A stretch of DNA of 64,000 nt from Macrostomum lignano (Eukaryota), in assembly GCA_002269645.1 (NCBI GenBank), contig NIVC01000734.1:124001-188000 (forward strand), written 5' to 3'. Numbering within the stretch: position 1 is the stretch's first letter; the number at the start of each line of letters is the position of its first letter. This document shows positions 56,301 to 64,000 of the stretch, one piece after another. The position numbers were made by a program, and so were the translations under genes. The notes below the pieces were generated by a model. That model made no database searches. It was not told the origin of the DNA and saw nothing but the letters and a program-made list of their open reading frames with translations.

Positions 56301-59300
56301 AGAACAAGATGCCTGCAACGACTGATCCAACTAACACTGATAATGCCGCCACTTCTTTTGCTGGAAACGGTGAGAGGGGCTTCACTCAGGGGACGTGCTC
56401 GAGGTAGTTCTCGGGGCACTCAACCGGATCATGGAGATCGAGCCGGGACGTCTGCTCACTGCCTGGGAAGCAAGCCAGCTTGCTATTCGGGTAGTGACGG
56501 AGGTCCTGACGACCTTCATGAATCCTGGAAGAGTGCCCGCTGTCAGGGCAGGTGAAGCCAAAGCCACTTCGGTGAGCGGAGGCAAATCTGAGCCCTGAAG
56601 AAAATTTATTACTACGTTATGGCTTTCGATAACAAATCTCCCAATAGTGCTCTTAATATAGGACACCTGAACTGTAACAAACTAAACAATAAAATTCATG
56701 AGATTATCATGTGGTTGCACAATGAAGATATTCACATTGGTCTATTCTCAGAAACGGATCTTAAAAACAATGTTAAGTTTTACGTTCAAGGATATGCCAT
56801 TATCAGGTATGACACTCCTGACTGTAGAAGGGGACTGGCTATTGCCTACAAAAATAACCTAAAAATCTCAAATGTTCATAAATATTATGACAATTCTCAC
56901 CATGAGCTTGTCAGCCTCGATGTCACCCCCAATAATAACCCATGTAGCACTTTTAGGATCTCCCTTCTCTACAGAGTTCCCAACCCTGACAACATCAGCA
57001 TTACTCTGCTTGAGCAGCTGCTCTCCCAACCCAGATCCTTAATCATTGGAGATCTCAACTGTAGACACGCTATGCTAGGTGGGGATAGTGTAGATAACTA
57101 CCCGGGCAAACAGCTGTATGACTGGCTCGACAATCACTCGAACCCCCCCCCCTTTATCCTTAGCTCCTTTGATGATTGCACCAGGATTTATAATAGAGGG
57201 GGCAACACGGTTGGAAATGTCCTAGATCTAGGTATATGTTCTCCTGACTTTATTAACTCTGTCAGTGACGTCCTTGTGGGCGACGACCTCGACAGTGATC
57301 ACCTATCACCTACCTATTATCATTAGGGTCTTTATTGACCCCAGTTCTAAAGTTAAACCCAGGCCTCCTAAGAGTTTTTGGCATATTGACTGGGAGGCAT
57401 TTAAGTATACTCTTCAAGATAAGCTAGAAAACTGTAGCATGATTCGCTCCCGAATCTCTACACCCGAGGATCTAGACAACGCGGTTGACAAGCTTACAGA
57501 AAAAATACATGAAACAATTGAAGAGGTGGTCCCAAACAGAGACCCGAGAGAACAGTTACCTCCAGACATCGTAGAAAAAATCAAGAACAGAAGAAAGCTC
57601 CGAAAACTTTTTAAAAAAACCAGAATTGACGCTTTTAGAGTACAGGCAAATCAAGCTGCTAAATAAATTACTCGTAGAAATGCTATTAGGATGCATAGGT
57701 ATAGAAAATTTGAGAATTTGTGTCAGAAAATTGCTAAAACTAGCTATAGGAAGGAACCGCGTCAATTCTGGATTGACATCAAGAAAATGACTGGACAATC
57801 CATCAAACCAGTCTCTTTCCCTACCCTTAGCTACAAAGGGGTGACTGCTGAAACTGAGCAAGAAACTGCAAATTTGTTTCAAGACTTCCTCGAGGACCAA
57901 ATGCAGCCTCACCCGGACACCAATTCCCTTCTCTACAAAAAGGTCATTTCAAAGGAAAATCATGAGAATTTCCGGCCCCATGACTGCATGGTCAGAGCTC
58001 TGACCTACCACAGAGACAGGGCTGACCCTGATGATCTTGATAAGGAAGATATAGAATCTGACATCCTCAACATCCTAGATATTGATGTCCTCATGGAAAC
58101 TAAAAATCTCAGATCTGGGGGAGCCCCTGGCCCTGACCAGATCCCAAATATTGTCCTCAAACGGGGGCTTAGTCCGGACTCTGTTAGATCCATCGCAAAA
58201 ATTTTCAATTCGAGCTTTCTTCTGGGCTATTTTCCCAAGGCCTGGAAGCGGGCAACTATCAAAATGATCCCTAAACCTAAGAAATCTAGGCATGAAATCA
58301 ACAACTACAGACCAATCAGCTTAACCTCCTGCTTGGGAAAACTTTACGAAAAGATTATTGCTAGGAATCTTAGAATTATCTTAGAAAACAAGGGTATTAT
58401 AAATGATGACCAATGTGCGTACAGACAAGATCACTGTACGTTTGACAACATTGTGCGACTCACAGACGATATATTAAAAATGAAGCAAGGGAGACATGTG
58501 TCAGTAGAAGTCTTCTTTGACGTCAAAGGTGCGTTCGACGGTGTTTGGCACAGCTATCTCAGGTATCGTCTCCTAGAGAGTGACCTGCCACACAACATGA
58601 TCAGGACGTTGTCCAGCTACCTAGAAGATAGGGAAATCTCCATCCAGGCTGGGGGGGGGGGGGGGCGATCAGCGAAGGTTTCAAGCCCGCTGCAGGCGTT
58701 CCTCAGGGTGGAGTCCTCTCACCGCTACTCTTCATCATATATGTCAGTACGATCCCCATATCGCGAGATATCAAGGTTAATAAAAGCCAGTTTGCAGACG
58801 ACCTGGCCGTCTGGGCTAGCGCCAGAACGTCTGCGGTTGCGGCCAAGAAGTTGAACAGCTACCTTGTTGTCCTTAAAAATGGCTTGACGACATTGGAATT
58901 TCCATTAATCCCACCAAAAGCAAGGTGATGGCCTTCTTCAGGTACAAGAGCAACTGGTCCACTGGCCCCGCCAAACCTCCTCTTAAACTTGGTCAGGATT
59001 TGATTCCTTATCATGATTCTGTCACTTTCCTTGGCATCACTCTTGACAAGGATCTCAACTATAGTCATCACATCTCTAAGGCTGTTGGCATCTCCATCGC
59101 CAAACTCGAAGCTTTAAGAAGAATCGCTCGCAAAACGAGAATCTCCCAACTTGCGCTCCGACTTCTTTATAGGTCCTATATTGAAAGCAGCATGACCTAC
59201 GGTGCTCCGATTCTGGTTAACACCTCCGATGCCCTCATGCAGAAACTTCAGCGGCTTCAAAATCAGGCACTGAGAATTGTGCTTGGTGCCCCTAAATACA

Positions 59301-60101
59301 CCAAAATTAGCTACCTACATGAAACCACCAAGATGCCTAGGCTTAGGGAGAGGATGTGGAACCTAGGCCTTAGGTGGTACAAAAAGGTTCTGCTCACAGG
59401 AGTGCACGACTTTCACTCTGATAAAAAAGTTTGGAGCAGACCAGGGTTTAGAGAACCAGTCATGACTAAATTCAGGAAAGCTATTAATCAATAAAATTGA
59501 TTAAGCTGAGTAAGCTGTGCTCTTGCTCCTCTTGCTCTTGTATATATACTGACAAAAAATTGCCACTACCGCTATGAAAACTTCGTTTTCGTAACGGTAG
59601 TATCTTTCGAATATGGCTTTCCCTTTCTAAGTTATTTATCTAAAAAATTACATTAAGTCAAAAAGACTAGTCCAGACAGACTTGCCCTAATTGATGCTAA
59701 CTTACCATTTGCTTTTAGAACCTTTGTGATCATTATTGGATTTATTTTTATTACTGTTTTAGTTATTTAACTATATTTACCTGTTGCTTGCATTGATGTC
59801 TTAAAACTTTATCTATTTGTTTACACTTATAGTACTTGATTAAATGTTTTATTATGCTCCAATATTTGTTTTATCATACTCCAATATTTGACTTTAATGC
59901 ACCAAATATTTCTTTTAATTTGCACAATATTTGTTTTATTGATTTTGCTTTGTAATTGTTTAATACTGTACTTCTCATTTTACATCTAATCTCGGAAAAC
60001 TTTTACAATACCTGTAATAACTAACTCGAAAACAAAATACATACACCAGTAGCGTAAGAGCTTCGGATAGAAGCTGAAGCGCTAGTACTTATCGAATGAA
60101 T
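53371..60101 (+). mobile_element. Jockey/I-like LINE copy B, directly tandem to copy A, with an intact AlkB domain; frameshifted ORF1 and ORF2
   Basis: Same architecture; CQRCQGLGHTESRC, CNKCAGAHYSGDC; APE 56619-57330; RT PGPDQI, YRPISL, FFDVKGAFD; 3' stem-loop and GAATGAAT tail. Confidence 0.9.
53906..55291 (+). CDS. LINE B N-terminal ORF: basic leader, AlkB/ALKBH2-3-like 2OG-Fe(II) dioxygenase domain (~54190-54740), Q-rich linker
   Basis: FNSCLVNFYKDG..IPWHSDDE (HxD), LASISFGAARDF, LASGSLLVM..TQKHFQHAI (distal His), RINLTFR (RxxxxxR). Confidence 0.9.
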   Translation: MEVDNSTSKRMARETDSPPTTNSKKANNRVSSGPNRKSAQATALSPTNTPLPETPPQAEGEPRPPLVRSSLGAEKSTTVLALIPKADKSDSKITNLPNNCNVSYFPNALKNLENVALRILTEEIQPKSFHHLTNGRPEIRKIVWHGPEYNYGNTTISANDDWYPLIMRIATWLSVEFGVPIFNSCLVNFYKDGTVNIPWHSDDEAELGHNPTLASISFGAARDFHLRTKSASTNVVYSQKLASGSLLVMSGATQKHFQHAILKDAKVKDMRINLTFRLTLDPRIPSSPVPAAVTSNPCVQDSTISCDLDDEESVRRRAALDAENLRKIRSRSNSRSKLNLESKTNELPTQQHAHSQQSDTQKQQQTANSHQQPTQQPTQQQQQQQQQQHTQANTQQSTQQHLQQQQQLNSAQQSQPDTQQTRANTQLSQTKTQQPNPANQPRQPATASTEQLTFRTLASCL

Positions 60102-61589
60102 ACTCGGGGAAAAGCATCTCGCTCAGGACCGTCCATCAGGACAATATTTTAGAGACTAAGTCTCAAGCTTTAAACAAATACGAGTATAAGGGAGTCTTCC
60201 CTTGTATGAAAAGAAGAAATATAAAAATTCTAGAAACATAAGAAATTAAGGTTAAGTCCAGGGTAAAATAGGGAGGCTAAGAAGGAGTCTACCACTTAGT
60301 CTAAACGGAGTCTACCGAAAATAGGAAATAGCATAATCAATTAGGTAAATATTAGGAGACTAAGGGAGTCTACCATTAGTTTACAATAAGAGGGGTACCG
60401 AATCTATTAACATAGGAATTAATTGTGTTTTTCTCCTTGCATATTTTAACTTTAATAATATTGTTCTTTTGTTCTGTAACCTTCACATAACATTGACTCT
60501 TGTCTCACTTATTTTAATTTAAAACATTAACTATAAGGAACTTTAGTCTGGTGGCAGCAACCTACCAAATTAAAAGTACATAATAATAGAAATAGCAGTA
60601 AACCCAAACCAGTAGCCTAACCCACAGGTATCACGCCCATTCCAATAGATTGTTGCCATTGGACGTACAAAAACAATTTTTTTTCACTTTTTGTTGTCAT
60701 ATCTTTTTTGCTATTCAACATACAATCTTGAGTCTGGTATCATTTTAAAAGACCAAGCAGTTCTACATAAGATAAACAAATTGTTTTTATTCTTTCTAGT
60801 GTATCTTTTTTGGGGTTTGCATTTGACTTTTTTTAAAGTGAAAAATGCACATAAAAATAGAGCAAAATTAAAAATTCAAATGGCTATTATTTAAAAGTTA
60901 ATTGCTTTTTCTGAAATCTTTTTTTGCTCACTTTGTTCACTATTCAATAATAATAATTGAATAGTTGATGCTCGGTAATTTTCTGTTGCTTCTTTGTCCC
61001 GAGATACTTAATCAGTTTTCATACAGTCCGTGGTCTGACTGAATTTCCTGTCCCCTGTACACAAAACTAAATCACCCAATTCCCGCTGTACATGTACATG
61101 GCGCTTGGTATCAGTCTTCTATAGTTTTCATAGTGTTTCTTTAACTTTTCATGATTGCTTGGGTGGGGCTGGGGGCTGGCTATATTAAATGACCATATAA
61201 AAATTCATATATGTTCTGTGCGTCCCAAGCATATACTGCAGTATTAGCCCTAGCATTTGTCTGACCAGTATACAAATTTTCTTTGTAGCGAAATGAGGCA
61301 GGGTTACCGTTTATCTCCTTTCAAAAAATGGACATTGGGAGAATGTTTTTATTAGAGCACAAGCTGTTAAAACCCGCGGATTTTGAACCCGGGGAATTCC
61401 AATCCCTGGAACTATTTTTGCATATATTAAGATTAAACTCAAACAAAAACATTTGGGATAGAGTTAAACATAAAATAGAGTACATTCGTGTAAAATTAGG
61501 ATTGGAGGCAAACATTGATATTGTTGGCTGGGGTGCTGCGCAGAATGTCAGGAAAACTCTGGCCTCTACCTCTGCCTCTCCCTATGTCC

Positions 61590-62150
61590 CTTGCATCCTT
61601 TAAAACTTCTATCTTCTCTTCTGTTTTCTCACTTCTCTCTTGTCTCTTGTCTCTTCTCTCTCCTCTCATCTCTTCTTTCTTCTCTCCTCTGTCCCCTTTT
61701 CTTTCTTCTCTCCTCTGTCCCCTCTTCTTTGTCTCTTCCTTCTATTCGTTTCTCTCTCCTTTCCTCTCTTCTCTCTCGTCTTTGCTCTCTCATCTCTCCT
61801 TTCTCCTCTTTTATCGCATCTTATTTCTCTCTGCTCTCTCCTCTCTATTCTCTCTCTGCTCTCTACTCTCTCTTCCCTTTCCTCTCCTCTCTTCTCACTC
61901 ATTACATTACCCTCTCTCAACACTTCCCTCATCTCTCCTCTCTCCTTTCTCTTCTCTTCTCTCCACTCTCTCCTCTCCTCTCTCATCGATCCTGTCTTAT
62001 CTTTCCCCTCTTCTCTCTCCCTCTTCTCACCTCTACTCTTTCCTCTCTCTCCTCTCTCCCCTCCTCTCGCTTTTTCCTCGCATATTCTCTGCTCTCTCCT
62101 CACCCCCTCGTATCTCTTGTTATCTTCTTTTGTCTCTTGTTTCTTGTTTT
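61590..62150 (+). repeat. Long pyrimidine (CT)-rich low-complexity tract
   Basis: ~550 bp dominated by CTCT/CTT on the + strand. Confidence 0.95.
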
Positions 62151-64000
62151 GTCGGTAAGAATCAGTATTGCCTTCGGGAAAATTTAGATAAGAAGTGCCG
62201 TATACAAATAACATATTTCAAATCATCTACTATTCTTTATATCCTACTGTAAGTAGCAATCCTTAAACAACTTTAAAGAATTAAAGAGTACCAAAATTCG
62301 AATTTCATGCCGCTACTGTATTTGTAAACCATACTACTAACAAGTAGCATGAGTTTTTACGCATGCAAAAAAACATAAATTTGTTAATAAGGTATTACCT
62401 TACTTCATTTACCACATCAGACACTGCTAAAGGCTTCTACAAGCCACCGGAGAAGCCGCCGCAGACGCTGAAGCATGATGTCAAGGAGGCCATTAAGGCC
62501 ATTCTAAAGCACGCCAGCAATCGATCAATGCTAAGAGTGCACAGGCATCAAACTGATGGCTACCCGGCTCGTCTTTACACCGGCACACCTGAGCAGGCGG
62601 CAGCAGGTTCATCAATTGGTCTTGCAGAGTCACTGGCAGCAATGGGCTGCAGACTGCTCCTGATGCCGAGACTTGAGCCGCATCAGCGCCTCAGTCTGGT
62701 AGCTTTGCCAGCTACTTCAGCAGATGTGCAGCAGCCACGCAGCGGGCTGCAACCGCAAGCCAAGAGGCACCGAACTATGGTGGCAATTATTTTGGATTCT
62801 TCAGACAAAGATCCATCCAGCTAAAAACTTTCTTTATTATACTAAAACTGAAATCACCTGAATTGAAAAATGCATTACTTTACTTGATTTTACATTTGAG
62901 CTTCGCACTTTTTACTTTAATTTATGCCATGTCTTGCGTTTCATAACTTTATATGGCATGTTCCATAATATTAGATGCAATTTTTATTTTATTACTAAAT
63001 TGTACAATCGAAAATGCTAGCTTAAATAAAACATTTACGCCTCTCATACAGGGTATACTAGTTCCATTATGTTGCTGATGTGACCTACTGGCATAAGCGA
63101 TTCAACGCGTAGTAACACGGGAATGAGTGGGACAGGAGCGGGTAACGAGGAGCAGGTAGCAAGGAGCAGGTAGCAAGGAGCGGGTAGCAAGCAAAAAGCA
63201 GGAATGGGAAGCAGCTAGCTAGAAATCACCCTGTGGGGAGAATTTGAGGGGGCGCCTCTGGGCGCCCGTTCGCCTAGGGTCGCCCGAAAAAATGTAGATT
63301 TTTTTCGGTTTAATATTGTGCTAAAGTACTTTGAATGTTTGAGCCAACAGCAGAAAACGGAACGCTTGGGATGATTTTCAATGTACTTTAACTTTCAGTA
63401 AATCCCAGTGCGCCCTCCAATACGCTCCGGCGCTACCGGGCGCATGATGTATTGAGATGCATTTTCGGGAATTATTGAAAGCTGTTTAGGATTAACAATA
63501 GCTTTTGATACATCTTTAACGTGTCAAATTTATTTTTCCTTCTCCTCCATTTCAAATTTACAATCTCTATTGCTTTTCGTCTGAAGGGCGCCCTTAGTCG
63601 ATTGGGCGCATCCCAAACAATGCATGCGCCACACCCGCGCAATTTTAATATTTTACCGAAAAGTTAAAATGTTAAATAAAGCAGTTGTTACGCAAGACAA
63701 TCGCACGTGGCATTTTTTTATAAAGGCTTAGCAGTTCCTTTTAATGTCTGTCTCCGAATTTTTAACTAATCAGTTCAACGGCTTTGCTTTTTTCTCAATC
63801 TATTTAATATTAAGACTTCATTTTTCGCTTCATTACATACTGCTTCCGAAGTAGTATTTGTAGCATATATTTTAAGCATAGCTAAGATTAGCCGACATGG
63901 CAGACACACGGCATGAGCCATGTATGAGCTGCACAGCTCCCATTAGCGCTATAAAATCCCATTAACTACTGACACTTGACAATCTGAAGGCGGACATTGT

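Noticed and set aside
61515-62252. Long Leu/Ser-rich and Arg/Glu-rich ORFs
   Set aside because: Artefacts of the stop-free CT tract.
62363-62824. 153-aa ORF, and 61328-61603 ORF, as genes
   Set aside because: No recognisable motif; probably transposon or host fragments that cannot be assigned without a search.
1-64000. Prokaryotic or phage origin of the window
   Set aside because: LINEs, Gypsy, Tc1, CACTA, Crypton and Polinton content and microsatellites indicate a eukaryotic nuclear genome; no operons, rRNA or tRNA genes were seen.

Overview
Eukaryotic (most likely invertebrate animal) nuclear DNA made almost entirely of mobile elements; no host gene could be supported. From left to right: (1) a head-to-tail train of three Ingi/L1Tc-like non-LTR retrotransposons (1-~7000), two of which have an HDV-like ribozyme fold at the 5' end followed by a 2A/StopGo motif and PHD fingers; (2) a Crypton/DUF3504-like tyrosine recombinase relic; (3) a complete 17,950-bp Polinton/Maverick (adintovirus-like endogenous virus) at 9527-27476, with AGTAGT ends, ~355-bp TIRs and a 6-bp TSD (TGGTAC). 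It encodes pPolB with a vOTU-like N-terminus, major and minor capsid proteins, packaging ATPase, adenain-like protease, a fibre-like two-lectin protein, a restriction-like nuclease and a PLA2-integrase fusion; (4) Tc1, Gypsy and CACTA relics, including two Gypsy elements that share a conserved extra 3' ORF; (5) two tandem Jockey/I-like LINEs carrying an AlkB dioxygenase domain ahead of ORF1 and a conserved, covarying 5' RNA structure. The standout observation is a 303-nt group I (IC1-like) intron at 24446-24748 inside the Polinton PLA2-integrase gene. It has a complete P1-P9 core with compensatory P7 changes, and its removal restores the exact GPG Ca2+-loop motif and a 424-aa ORF. All folds and homologies were assessed by eye, without database searches.
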